This document shows, piece by piece, positions 9,373-18,886 of a DNA stretch of 55,222 nucleotides. The position numbers and the translations under genes were made by a program. The notes below the pieces were generated by a model, which had not been told where the DNA came from, did no database searches, and worked only from the letters and a program-made list of their open reading frames with translations. Each line of letters opens with the position of its first letter. Within the stretch, counting starts at the first letter, position 1. Source of the stretch: Candidatus Eiseniibacteriota bacterium (lineage in GTDB: Bacteria; Orphanbacterota; Orphanbacteria; Orphanbacterales; Orphanbacteraceae); contig JBDROZ010000011.1 of assembly GCA_043809585.1 (NCBI GenBank), forward strand, positions 1-55,222. Direction: 5' to 3'.

Positions 9373-9960
9373 TTAGCCGTGCCGATCCCGGAGCAGGGAG
9401 AAGAACTCGGCCCTGGTCTGGGGACGGTCCCGGAAGGCGCCGAGGAGGGCGCTCGTCTTTGTCCACGCGTTCTGTTTCTCCACGCCCCGCATGGCCATGC
9501 AGAGGTGGAGCGCGTCGATGACGACCGCCACCCCCTTCGGGTGGAGGATGCGGTGGATCGCTTCGGCAATCTGGTTGGTCAGTCTCTCCTGGATCTGGAG
9601 CCGGCGGGAGTAGACCTCCACGATCCGGGGGAGCTTCGACAGGCCGATCACCTTCCCGTTCGGAATGTAGGCGACATGACACTGGCCGTAAAACGGCAGG
9701 AGATGGTGTTCGCAGAGGCTGTAGACATCGATGCCCTGGATCATCACCATCTCGTCCACGTCCGATTCGGTAAACAAGGCATCCCCCACCACCTCCTCCG
9801 GGGTCTTCTCGTATCCGCCGGTCAGGTAGCGATAGGCGGCGACCACACGGTCCGGCGTCTTGAGGAGGCCCTCCCGGGAGGGGTCCTCCCCGATCGCTTC
9901 GATGAGGCGGCGGATCAGTCCGGCCGGGTCCGGCGTCGTCGCCGGGGGCTCCGAGTTCAT
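9373..9960 (-). CDS. folE: GTP cyclohydrolase I
   Basis: [35 protein letters not shown]...[19 protein letters not shown]. Confidence 0.97.
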   Translation of the reverse strand: MNSEPPATTPDPAGLIRRLIEAIGEDPSREGLLKTPDRVVAAYRYLTGGYEKTPEEVVGDALFTESDVDEMVMIQGIDVYSLCEHHLLPFYGQCHVAYIPNGKVIGLSKLPRIVEVYSRRLQIQERLTNQIAEAIHRILHPKGVAVVIDALHLCMAMRGVEKQNAWTKTSALLGAFRDRPQTRAEFFSLLRDRHG

Positions 9961-9962
9961 CG

Positions 9963-10577
9963 TCAAGAGAGGGCTCCTTCTCCGGGGACCTGGAGGATGA
10001 GATCGAGAAGGGACCCGATCAGGCGGGGCAACTCGCCGACGGAGGCGGCCGTCAGAAAAGAACCGTCCCGGGTCGGCGAACCGTCGGCCGGGAGGGCGCC
10101 CCACTTCTCCATTTCGGCGCAGAGGGCCGGATCGTACGCGGCGTGGAGGCCCCGGAAGAATCCCCCCGCCGCGAGAAGGGCGACCGATTCGCCCGCCGCG
10201 GCGATCCACGTCGCGTCGTGGAGGCCCCGAAGGACCATCTCCCGGAAGCGGCGGCTCTCCCGCTCCCCCGGGAAGGACGAGGCGGTCACGAGGATGCCGT
10301 GATAGGCGTGGTCCGGCGGCGCCGGGCAATCGGGCAGGGAGAAGGGCCACTCGTCGATCGCGAGGCCCCGGGAGGCGAGGAGGGAGAGGGCATACGACGA
10401 GCCCTCGGCCCAGGGACCATCGTGGACGAAGAGGATTCGCTTGACCCGATGGGAGGGCGGATCGGCCCCCCAGCGCCTCCGGAACCGGACACCGTAAAGG
10501 AGCCGGTGGGTCTGGAGTACTTCGCGCCGGATCTCCGCGATCTTCGCGCTCTCAGCGGTCGTTTTCTTTTCCGTCAT
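9963..10577 (-). CDS. Divergent DJ-1/PfpI-like protein, apparently lacking the nucleophilic Cys
   Basis: YHGILV...[20 protein letters not shown]...MEKWGA...TRDGSFLTA resembles the PfpI C-terminal half; tightly coupled to queD and folE. Confidence 0.55.
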   Translation of the reverse strand: MTEKKTTAESAKIAEIRREVLQTHRLLYGVRFRRRWGADPPSHRVKRILFVHDGPWAEGSSYALSLLASRGLAIDEWPFSLPDCPAPPDHAYHGILVTASSFPGERESRRFREMVLRGLHDATWIAAAGESVALLAAGGFFRGLHAAYDPALCAEMEKWGALPADGSPTRDGSFLTAASVGELPRLIGSLLDLILQVPGEGALS

Positions 10578-10902
10578 AGGTCACGACGCATTCCGGGGTC
10601 TCCCAGACCCGGATCTCCGCGAGGGGAAGATCCGCGAGTCGATCCCACACCCATAAGGCCACCCGCTCCGCGGAGGGGGGCGACAGGTGATCGTTCAAGT
10701 ACGAGTGATCAAGGAGGGCGAGCACCTTCTCCCGCACGATCCTCTCGAGCTCCACGAAGTCGAATGCGAGCCCGTTCTCCCCCACAGGGGCGTCGACGGT
10801 GACCCGGAGCCGCCACGAGTGGCCGTGGAGAGCTTCGCACTTCCCGCCGTAGTTTTCGAGCCGGTGGGCGGCCTCGAACCGGAAGTCCCTCGACACCCGC
10901 AC
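10552..10902 (-). CDS. queD: 6-carboxy-5,6,7,8-tetrahydropterin synthase
   Basis: FRFEAAHRL...KCEALHGHSW...LDHSYLND...SAE...VWET. Confidence 0.93.
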   Translation of the reverse strand: MRVSRDFRFEAAHRLENYGGKCEALHGHSWRLRVTVDAPVGENGLAFDFVELERIVREKVLALLDHSYLNDHLSPPSAERVALWVWDRLADLPLAEIRVWETPECVVTYDGKENDR

Positions 10903-11736
10903 TTATTCGTCTCCCTCCCGGGAACCGTACCCCCCGAGGTCGAGGGAGACCCGGCGGAACCCCAGATCGCGGCAGTGCCGGACGAACCGGTTCCGGAGAT
11001 CCGGATCGAGGAGGCGCCCGATCTCGTCGGCGCCCAGCTCCACACGGGCGTTCTCCGCGTCGACCCGGACCCGGTAGACGCGGAACCCCTCCTCCCGGAG
11101 GAACCGCTCCCCATCCCCCACCCGGTTGAGCCCCTCGATCGTGATGGCGGTCCCCGTCGGGAACCGGGACGAGAGACATGCCATCGACGGCTTGTCCCAT
11201 GTGGGGAGGCCGAGCATCCGGGAGAGGGCGCGCACCTCGGCCTTCCCGATCCCCGCCTCCATGAGCGGCGAGCGGACGCCCTTTTCCTCGGCCGCCCGCA
11301 TGCCGGGCCGGTGATCGCCGAGATCGCCTACTTGGGACCCCTCGACCACCCAGGGAAGAGCGAGACGGTCCGCTTCCTCCCGGCAGAGGCGGAAGAGCTC
11401 GGTCTTGCAATAGTAACACCGGTTCTCCGGATTCCGGACGAAGTCGGCGTCCTCCATCTCCTTCGATTCGAGCACCCGGTGACGGATGCCCACGTTCCGG
11501 ACGAATGCCTTGGCCTCCTCCAGCTCCTCCCGGGGGAGGGTGGGGGAGAAGGCGGTCAGGGCGACGGCCCGGTCCCCGAGGGCGTCGTGGGCTACCTTGA
11601 CGAGAAGCGCGCTGTCCGCACCCCCCGAGAAGGCGATCAGCACGCCTCCCATCTCCCGGAAGATGGACCGAAGCCTCTCCAATGCCGCGCCGGCGGCGGT
11701 GGTGGACGCCAAAAGAACCTCCGGAAAGCCCGGCAA
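10903..11736 (-). CDS. larE: LarE-family ATP-dependent sulfur transferase (PP-loop)
   Basis: AFSGGADS PP-loop, NPENRCYYCK, DHRPG, WDKPSMACLSSRFP, RVRV. Confidence 0.88.
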   Translation of the reverse strand: MPGFPEVLLASTTAAGAALERLRSIFREMGGVLIAFSGGADSALLVKVAHDALGDRAVALTAFSPTLPREELEEAKAFVRNVGIRHRVLESKEMEDADFVRNPENRCYYCKTELFRLCREEADRLALPWVVEGSQVGDLGDHRPGMRAAEEKGVRSPLMEAGIGKAEVRALSRMLGLPTWDKPSMACLSSRFPTGTAITIEGLNRVGDGERFLREEGFRVYRVRVDAENARVELGADEIGRLLDPDLRNRFVRHCRDLGFRRVSLDLGGYGSREGDE

Positions 11737-11845
11737 ACGCCGGAGACGCCCCCGGGCGGGGGTGGGTACAGGGAAAGGGGCGCCTCGTACAGGGCGCCCG
11801 ATTCGATCAAGCCTTCTCTAAGTTAGTGAACCGATTGCGCCGGTG

Positions 11846-13099
11846 TCAAGGCGATTGGCCCGGAAGGAGACGGGTCTCCTCCTCCCGCACCAGGCGGCCG
11901 GTGAAGTCGATGGGCGTGGAGTTCGAGCCCATGATGACGGGGGTCAGGAAGATCAGGATTTCGGTCTGGGCGTGCCGGACGCTCTCGTAGCGGAAGAGGC
12001 GGCCGAGGAACGGGATACGCGAGACATAGGGAATGCCCGAAACGCTTTCGATCTCCTGGTTTTTCCGGAGGCCGCCGATGACGAGGGTCTCCCCCGACCT
12101 CGCGACGACCCGAGTGTGGGCCTCCCGCGTGCCGATCCGGGGAATCCCCTGGACCTCCTGGTCGAGGACCTCGCTGATCTCGGCGTTGACGATCATGGTG
12201 ACCATCGAATCGGAAGAGATGAGGGGCGTCACTTCGAGCTGGACGCCCACGTCGACGAAGTCCACCTCTTCCTGGACGCCGCCGCTCGCCGTCTCCACGG
12301 TGAGCCTCGTGTAGGGGAGCCTCTCCCCGACGAGGATCTTGGAGGTTTCGTTGTTGGCCGCCGCGATCCGCGGGGAGGAAATGACGCGGGAGTCGGTGTT
12401 GCTGAGGATCGCCTCGAGCACCGCGTCCGCCTGCCAGGTGGTGAGGCGCGAGAAGCCGAGCCGGAGATTGGGGAAGGATGGGTCGTTCACGTTTCCCCGG
12501 GCGTCGGCGCTCTGGATGTCGTCGCTCCACTGCAGGAACCAGTCGACGCCGAGGGTCTGGAGCTCGCCCACGTTCACCTCGATCATCCGGGATCGGATGT
12601 CGACCTGACGGGGCTCCACGTCGGTCTCTTGGATCATGTCCTCCAGGTTGCGGACGTCGACAGCGGTACCGACCACGGTGAGGGCGTTGGCCGTGAGGTT
12701 CGGCGTCAACTCCGCCTCCGTGAGAATGCTCGCCGCGTCGTCCGCGAGGGTGAGCGCGTTCAGGTGGTCGAGGTGAAAGGTGCGGCCGACGACCGTCGTT
12801 CCCGGCATGATCCGGATCGTCCGCTCGGTGAGCATGTACGTGTATCCCGTCCCGACGAGGATCTCCCCGAGAACCTCGCCGAGGGCGCTGTCCTTCAGAT
12901 CAACGGACACGGTTCCCGGCGGCTCTCCGGCCACGATCAGGTCGAGCCCGTAATGGTCCGCGATGAGCGGGAGGAGTTCGGCCACGGGTATCCGGTCGAA
13001 CCGGAGGGACATCGCCCCTCCGGCCGCCACGGTCCGCGGGGCGAGAAGCAGGGCCCCCAGAAGGGCCGCGCACAGGAGACGGCCGAAGGGAGTGGTCAT
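11846..13099 (-). CDS. Secretin (GspD/PilQ family), short form
   Basis: Signal peptide, STN-like N-domain, QVDIRSRMIEV...VISSPRI...DVGVQLEVTP...GETLVIGGL...IPFLGRLF...EILIFLTP. Confidence 0.92.
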   Translation of the reverse strand: MTTPFGRLLCAALLGALLLAPRTVAAGGAMSLRFDRIPVAELLPLIADHYGLDLIVAGEPPGTVSVDLKDSALGEVLGEILVGTGYTYMLTERTIRIMPGTTVVGRTFHLDHLNALTLADDAASILTEAELTPNLTANALTVVGTAVDVRNLEDMIQETDVEPRQVDIRSRMIEVNVGELQTLGVDWFLQWSDDIQSADARGNVNDPSFPNLRLGFSRLTTWQADAVLEAILSNTDSRVISSPRIAAANNETSKILVGERLPYTRLTVETASGGVQEEVDFVDVGVQLEVTPLISSDSMVTMIVNAEISEVLDQEVQGIPRIGTREAHTRVVARSGETLVIGGLRKNQEIESVSGIPYVSRIPFLGRLFRYESVRHAQTEILIFLTPVIMGSNSTPIDFTGRLVREEETRLLPGQSP

Positions 13100-13593
13100 G
13101 ATCCTAGCCCGCCTTCCCCGGGACCGGGAAGCATCCGGCCCACCTTCACGGTGTGCCTCGTCCCGTCCCGCTCGAGGATGATGTGGTCTTCGCCGACGGC
13201 GATGATTTCGAAGCCCCGGACGTGATCGCCGGCATGGTAGGCGCCCGTCCCGATCCGGGCGGTGGCGCCCTCCTCCCCCCGGAGGATTCCGACGAGCCGG
13301 AGGGGCGGGGCCGGCTCGGGGGAGTGGGGGCGGACGGCGATCCTCGCCGGTGGGGGCGCGGGGGCCGCCGCCCCGCGGACCGCGGCGAAGGGATCCCGGT
13401 CGGCCGGAGCGAACCGGACCTCGTCGGATCGCCCGGTCTCGTCGAGGAACCGGAGGATCTCTTTGCCTGAGGAGGCTTCCGATTCCCACGCCCCTGCGGC
13501 GTGGTCGCCCTCCTCGCCGGAGTCGCCCCGTCCGATGCAGCCGGCCCCGGCGAGGAGGAGAATCGAGCCGAGAGTGACCACGATCTGTCTCAT
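13096..13593 (-). CDS. PilP/GspC-like lipoprotein
   Basis: Lipobox LAGAGC; RDPF motif; LRLVGIL...ARIG...YHAGD; located just before the secretin. Confidence 0.65.
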   Translation of the reverse strand: MRQIVVTLGSILLLAGAGCIGRGDSGEEGDHAAGAWESEASSGKEILRFLDETGRSDEVRFAPADRDPFAAVRGAAAPAPPPARIAVRPHSPEPAPPLRLVGILRGEEGATARIGTGAYHAGDHVRGFEIIAVGEDHIILERDGTRHTVKVGRMLPGPGEGGLGS

Positions 13594-14150
13594 GATGCCG
13601 CCTCCGTCCCGCCCGTCGGGAGATAGAGCGCCCCGCGGAGGTGCGCCCGCACCGTGCCCGGCGCGGAACCGCTCTCGAAGTCGAACCCGTTCACGTGAAA
13701 GACGGGGTAGGCGTCTTCGATCCAGCGGAACCAGGTGGTCAGGGACGGGTAGGTCCCGTCGACATCCATCTCGAAGGAGATCCGTTCGAGGTCGGGGTCG
13801 AGTTCGGGGGGAGAGACCGAAACGGACCGGAGCAGGAGCGATCCTTCGCCCGCCCGCCGGCCGATCTCTTCCAGGACACCGTCGAAGCAGGAGGCGAGGG
13901 TGACGTCGCTCTCGAAGAGAGTCCGGAGCCGTTCCCCGTCCTCCCCTTGCAGGAAGGACCGGTTCGTTTCGCTGATCCGCTCGTGCACGCGGGCGATGGA
14001 TCGCCGCAGCTCTCCCCTCCGGTCCAGGGCCGCCGAGAGACGGGATCCCGGGCCCCGCCAGACGAAGGAGAAGCCGGCGAGCAGGATCATGACGGCGAAG
14101 CCCGCCGCGAAAGCCCCTCGCCGGGTCGGCCGGAATCGTCCCCACCTCAT
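13590..14150 (-). CDS. PilO/GspM-like inner-membrane protein
   Basis: Single TM, coiled coil, FEMDVDGTYPSLTTWFRWIE motif; operon position. Confidence 0.7.
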   Translation of the reverse strand: MRWGRFRPTRRGAFAAGFAVMILLAGFSFVWRGPGSRLSAALDRRGELRRSIARVHERISETNRSFLQGEDGERLRTLFESDVTLASCFDGVLEEIGRRAGEGSLLLRSVSVSPPELDPDLERISFEMDVDGTYPSLTTWFRWIEDAYPVFHVNGFDFESGSAPGTVRAHLRGALYLPTGGTEAAS

Positions 14151-15776
14151 CGCGTTTCCTCCCGGCCGAGCCGGCTCCGTTCCACCACCGGCACGCACCG
14201 GATCTCGAAATCGAGTTCCCCCTCTGCCGCCCCCTCCTCTTCCGAGAGGCCCGCCGAGGCGAGACGCACGTCTCGAAACTCGGTCCTCTCCTCGAGATCG
14301 TTGAGAAAGAGCCTGACCTCCGCCAATGAGGGCGCCCTTCCGCGGAGGCTGAGTACGGCCCCCTCCCCCTCTTCTCCGTGATCTTCCAAGAGCCAGTCGA
14401 GGCTCTCGTCCCCCCCTTCCGACGACTCGCCGTAGAGACCTTCGAACCGCTCCTCCGAAGGACCGGCGGCGCTCATTTCCCGGAGAGCCACCCGGGGAGG
14501 TATCGAGAGGGCGAGACCCCAGAGGGCTTCGGACCACCGGTACTGGAATGAGCGGTACCGGTTGAGGGCGAGCGCCCTCCGTTCCCAGCGGTCGAGGCGG
14601 TGCTCTTCGGCGGGATCCGCCGACTGCCGGACCACCCGGTCGAGTTCCTCCTCGAGGCGGTCGTTCCCCTTTTCCGCCGCCCGGAGCCCGAGGTGGGCCC
14701 CGAGAAAGGCGACGGCGACGAGGGGCAGCGCGATCGCCGCGACCCGCGGGATCAGGCCGAGAGGAACGCCGCCCGATGGCCTGCGGTCCGGCGCGCCTCC
14801 TCCCTTTTGACGAAGTACGCCGGGCGACTCCGGGTCGAGGGCGCGAAGGGCGGCCCCGAGGGCGAGGAGAAATGGGTCCGTTCCCGATTCCGGAACGTCC
14901 CCGGGAAGGGAGACGGCCCGGACGGAAAGCCCGGTTTCCCGGCGGAGGAACTCCACGAGCCCCTCTTCCCCGCCGAGGAGGGCGATCGAACAGGGAGACG
15001 TGTGGAACCGGGTGGAGAGATACTGCTCGGTGCGGCGGATCTCGATCAGGAGCTTGTTGGTGGAGATCCGCGTCTCCGTGGCGGTCATCGTGCCCCCCCC
15101 CCCCCTCGCCGAGAGCGGGGATGGCGATCTCGAAGGGGTCCGGCTCGAGATCGACACTCCGGTGGAGAAGGATCCGGCCGTCTTGGAAGACGGTCATCGT
15201 TCCCTTCCCGGCCTCCTCCCGGAGAATCAACTCCGCGTCGTTCGGGCGGTCCGGATCGTACATCATGACGACCGACTGGACGGCGAACGCCTGAGGCACC
15301 ACGTACGACCGCTTGGCCCCCGCTTTCCGGGCCGATTCCCGGCGGCGCCGCACCTCGTCACCGTCCGCCTCGAGGAGGACCGCCTCGATCCCCTCCGCCC
15401 GCGTCCCGTCTCCTCGGCGATGCTCCTGGGGCCACGCCCCGAAGCAGGGGTTCTCGAGGAAGGTGCGGCGGTTCTTCCTGAAGTGCCAGTCCGCGGCCTT
15501 CAGAAAATCGTCCCGGCCGAGGGAGGGGAATGTCTTGACCTCCAGGGTCTGGGAGGGGTCCTCCAGGATGAAGGCAATCGGGACGTTTCCGGCTCTCCCT
15601 TCAGGGAAAACCTTGCGGATGAGTTCACCGATCGAGGCCGCCTCATCTTCCCCCCACGGCGCGGTGGCGCTCCGGAGGGAGGGGGGGCCTGAGGCCGAGG
15701 GGCGGAGGTAGACCGCGGTCGCTTCCCCCCCGGAGCGGGAGATGCCGATCACGCCGTTCGTCTTCTTCGGCTTCAC
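14147..15776 (-). CDS. PilM-PilN (GspL-like) fusion; frameshifted at C13 tract 15093-15105
   Basis: PilM-like cytoplasmic part in the frame of ORF 13590..15914; LALGAAL, TM, WSEAL..LALSIP and LSLRGRA.....V..FL..LE (PilN) in ORF 14147..15157. C12 fuses them. Confidence 0.7.
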
Positions 15777-15780
15777 CGGT

Positions 15781-16182
15781 TCACTCCCCCTCGAAGGCAC
15801 CGTCCACCGATTCGTAATCGACGAGGGACCAGGAACCGCCGTCCCACCGGACGGTGGTCCGCACGCCGGCGAGGTCCCGCCCGCTCCCGGAGGAGCAGGT
15901 GATGGTCCAGGCATCGGCGCCGGCCGGCTCGACGAGGACCGATTGCCCGTCCACCATGTACTGGACGGGCACGCTCGGGCGCTCTCCCTCGTCCAGGCGG
16001 GCGAGGCGCTCCGCGGCCACGAGGCAGCCGCCGTCGGCCCGGTGGAGCGACCGCGCGAGATCCGTGCTTCTCTCCGATGCGCGGTCCTCGATACCCGTCA
16101 GAGTGAGGGCCGCGAGGGCGAGGGGAACGAGGATGATCACCGCGAGCAGTGCCACCGAAAGGGCGAACCCCCGATGGTCCAT
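15781..16182 (-). CDS. Minor pilin, PilX/GspK-like
   Basis: RGFALSVALL prepilin-like N-terminus lacking Glu5. Confidence 0.65.
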   Translation of the reverse strand: MDHRGFALSVALLAVIILVPLALAALTLTGIEDRASERSTDLARSLHRADGGCLVAAERLARLDEGERPSVPVQYMVDGQSVLVEPAGADAWTITCSSGSGRDLAGVRTTVRWDGGSWSLVDYESVDGAFEGE

Positions 16183-16240
16183 GGCCGTCACGTCTCTTTC
16201 CTCTCCCCCGGCCCCGGCCGCCGTGCCTTTCGCCGCCATC

Positions 16241-16771
16241 TTAGCTTCCGCCCCCTTCGCCGAGGTTCTCGGCGAACACACCCCGGGGAAGAACGGCGGT
16301 CCGGTAGACGATCCCGTCCCCCGCGAGGTCGACCACGACGACGCCGTCCCCCTCGACGCGGAAGGTGAGGGTCCCCTCCTCCCACTCGAGAAGGCCCTCC
16401 GGGGGATCGACGGTCCACGGGCCTCCCCCGATCCGGACCGCCCGGTAGACGCCGTCCTCCGTCGCGGCGTACCGAACGTCCCGGCCTGGGAGGGTCAGTT
16501 CGATGCCCCCCTTCTTCCACTCCACCGCGCCGTGGGCCGCCCGGAGGTCGGCGCCGATCCCCGCGAGGGTTTCGGCGAAAGCGGTCGCCCGCCGCGACTG
16601 CTCCGCCCCCCGGTCGTTCACGAGCGCGCCGGCTCCCATCAGATGCCCGATGGCGCCGGTCAAGAGGGCCGTGAGACCGAGAACGACGAGCATCTCGGCC
16701 AGGGAGAAACCGCGGGCCGCCCCCGGATCACGGTTCGAATGTCGATTCGAGCTCCACCGCGCCATTCGCAC
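16241..16771 (-). CDS. Minor (pseudo)pilin, PilW/GspJ-like; start uncertain
   Basis: RGFSLAEMLVV class III signal. Confidence 0.75.
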   Translation of the reverse strand: MRMARWSSNRHSNRDPGAARGFSLAEMLVVLGLTALLTGAIGHLMGAGALVNDRGAEQSRRATAFAETLAGIGADLRAAHGAVEWKKGGIELTLPGRDVRYAATEDGVYRAVRIGGGPWTVDPPEGLLEWEEGTLTFRVEGDGVVVVDLAGDGIVYRTAVLPRGVFAENLGEGGGS

Positions 16772-17096
16772 CGGTCACCTCGACGACGGCCCGGCGCGTG
16801 TTCCCGCCGGGCAGGGTCTCCCACCGAAGTTCCCGGGAGTAGGCCGGGAACCCGGGAACCTTCTTCTCCCGCCACACTCCGGAGAGGGCATCCCCCCCCC
16901 GGGAGGCGATCCACCGTTCCAGGGACTCTTCGGCGAGAAACCGGGCGGTCAGCCTCGATTCCTGGCGGACTTTCCGGTCCACCGCGCCGTGGATGACGAA
17001 CGCGACCGAAGAAACCACGAGCCCCGCGATGGCGAGCGCCATGAGAACCTCCACCAGGGTGAAGCCCCGGCGCCGCCCGGTGAATGCCTCCCCCAT
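16728..17096 (-). CDS. Minor (pseudo)pilin, PilV/GspI-like
   Basis: RRRGFTLVEVLMAL class III signal. Confidence 0.8.
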   Translation of the reverse strand: MGEAFTGRRRGFTLVEVLMALAIAGLVVSSVAFVIHGAVDRKVRQESRLTARFLAEESLERWIASRGGDALSGVWREKKVPGFPAYSRELRWETLPGGNTRRAVVEVTGANGAVELESTFEP

Positions 17097-17099
17097 GAT

Positions 17100-17627
17100 C
17101 TAGAAGTGCGCGTAGTCGGGCGGATACGCGTTGCCGAGATTGGGGCAGAGGTTTCCGGACTTGGTCTGGTAGTACCAGCCTCCCTTCCCGGCGCTCGCCG
17201 CGACCCGGTCCGCCATCGTCTTCAACAGCTCCTCGTTGGTCTTGTCGATGGTGAGGGTCGTCAGATTGGTGAACGGGTCCTCCGGCCAATGCTTCAGATA
17301 CGGGCCGAACCGATAGGCGGACGTGCGTGTCGTGGCCGGTTTCCCGGTGGCGTCGGTGAATTGCATGAGCTGGTTCATCAGATTGGCGGCGTTTCCGTTC
17401 TTGTTCCAGTCCTTGACCGGGTCGCCGGGATACCACCCGTGGTCGGCGCGGTAGAGATCGAGGGCTTCGCGGATGGTGGCCACGTTCCCCCGGAGGGCGT
17501 TCTCTTTCGCTCCCGTGTCGGAGTTCGAGAAATTGAGCACCACGACCGTCGCGAGGATCGCCATGATCCCGAGGACGATCAGGATTTCCGCGAGCGAGAA
17601 TCCCTTCGAACGATTCAGGCCGGTCAT
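17100..17627 (-). CDS. Major pseudopilin, GspG-like
   Basis: KGFSLAEILIV; ALDLYRADHGWYP; GPYLKHWPEDPF. Confidence 0.85.
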   Translation of the reverse strand: MTGLNRSKGFSLAEILIVLGIMAILATVVVLNFSNSDTGAKENALRGNVATIREALDLYRADHGWYPGDPVKDWNKNGNAANLMNQLMQFTDATGKPATTRTSAYRFGPYLKHWPEDPFTNLTTLTIDKTNEELLKTMADRVAASAGKGGWYYQTKSGNLCPNLGNAYPPDYAHF

Positions 17628-17665
17628 CTCTTTTCTCCTTTCCCCGGGGCATCCGCCCGGGCACT

Positions 17666-18877
17666 CTAACCCAAACTGGATACGGCCTTGAGCATCGGGA
17701 GGATGAGCGCCAGGGCGACGTATCCCACGACGACGCCGAGCACCACGATGAGCGCCGGTTCGAGAGCGAGGGTCATCCTCCGGGTCGCCCTCTCCACCTC
17801 TTTATCGTAAAATCCGCCGATCTTCTGAAGCATGCGGTCGAGAGTTCCCGTGGATTCCCCCACCGCCACCATTTCCACGACCATCCGGGGGAAAACGTCT
17901 TCCTTCCGGATCGCCCCGGTCAGGTTCGATCCCCCTTCGATGGAGCGGAGGAGCCCGTGATTCGCCTCCTCGAGACGCCGGTTGCCGTAGGTGGGACCGA
18001 CGAGTTCGAGGGCCGGGAGCAGGGGCACGCCGCTGCCGAGGAGGGTCCCGAGGGTCTTGGAGAACCGGGCGATCGCCGCCTTCCGGATCAGGTCCCCGAG
18101 GAGGGGAATCGCGAGGAGGGTCCGATCGCGGACGAGGCGCCAGCGCCGCCGCCGGAGCATTCGGGAGAGGACCACGCCGCCCGCGACGATTCCGCCGAGC
18201 CCGTAGAGCCCGAAACGGCGGAGCCCGGAAGAAACCATCATGAGAACTTTGGTCGGTCCCGGGAGAGGAACGCCGGAGCTCTCGAGGATGCCCACGAAGC
18301 GGGGAACCATGTAGACCAGGATCAGGGTCGTCACCGACACGCCGATGACGAGCACGATGCAGGGATAGATCATCGCCTCCGTCACTTTCCGCTTCGTCTC
18401 CGACTCCCGCTCCACATACTCCACGAGCCGGTTCATGACCTCCGGCAGTTTGCCCGATTCTTCGCCGGCCCGGATCAGGCTCGCGAAAAGGGTCGGGATC
18501 ACGTCCCGGTGGGCCTGGACCGCCTCGGCGAATGTCTTGCCGTGTTCGACGCGAAACGCGATGTCCTCGAGGGCGGAGGCGAGACGCCGGTTCTCGAGTT
18601 GGTCCGCGACGAGATGGAGCGAGGACGTGAGGGGGATCCCGGCGTCGAGGAGACTCTCGATGTTGCCGAAGAGGCGGGAGAGCAGCGCCGCCGGCACGCG
18701 CCGGCGGAACCCGAGTCTCTTGAAGAGCCCTTCCTTCGCACGGGTCTCGGCCACGTCGACGGGCATGAGCCGCCGGTCCGTGATCTGGCGGGCCGCCTCG
18801 ATGGCGGAGGCGGCTTCCTCCATCCCCTGGACGACCACCCCTTCTTCCGTCACGGCCCGATAGGTGAAGAGCGGCAT
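17666..18877 (-). CDS. Inner-membrane platform protein GspF/PilC
   Basis: AGIPL...GEESGKL...YP; second repeat SGVPL...GESTGTLD...EP. Confidence 0.95.
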   Translation of the reverse strand: MPLFTYRAVTEEGVVVQGMEEAASAIEAARQITDRRLMPVDVAETRAKEGLFKRLGFRRRVPAALLSRLFGNIESLLDAGIPLTSSLHLVADQLENRRLASALEDIAFRVEHGKTFAEAVQAHRDVIPTLFASLIRAGEESGKLPEVMNRLVEYVERESETKRKVTEAMIYPCIVLVIGVSVTTLILVYMVPRFVGILESSGVPLPGPTKVLMMVSSGLRRFGLYGLGGIVAGGVVLSRMLRRRRWRLVRDRTLLAIPLLGDLIRKAAIARFSKTLGTLLGSGVPLLPALELVGPTYGNRRLEEANHGLLRSIEGGSNLTGAIRKEDVFPRMVVEMVAVGESTGTLDRMLQKIGGFYDKEVERATRRMTLALEPALIVVLGVVVGYVALALILPMLKAVSSLG

Positions 18878-18886
18878 CGGGATCCC

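Noticed and set aside
11737-11845. preQ1 or other riboswitch upstream of larE-queD-folE
   Set aside because: No recognisable aptamer consensus or A-rich tail seen.
12267-12285. 16/19 match between the 22-nt variable loop (43537-43558) and the secretin gene
   Set aside because: By rough estimate a match of this quality is plausible by chance in 55 kb of GC-rich DNA. The 8-nt match at 43401-43408 is likewise too short.
173-15776. Calling the four frameshifted genes pseudogenes
   Set aside because: Each has a single indel in a homopolymer and no other visible decay.
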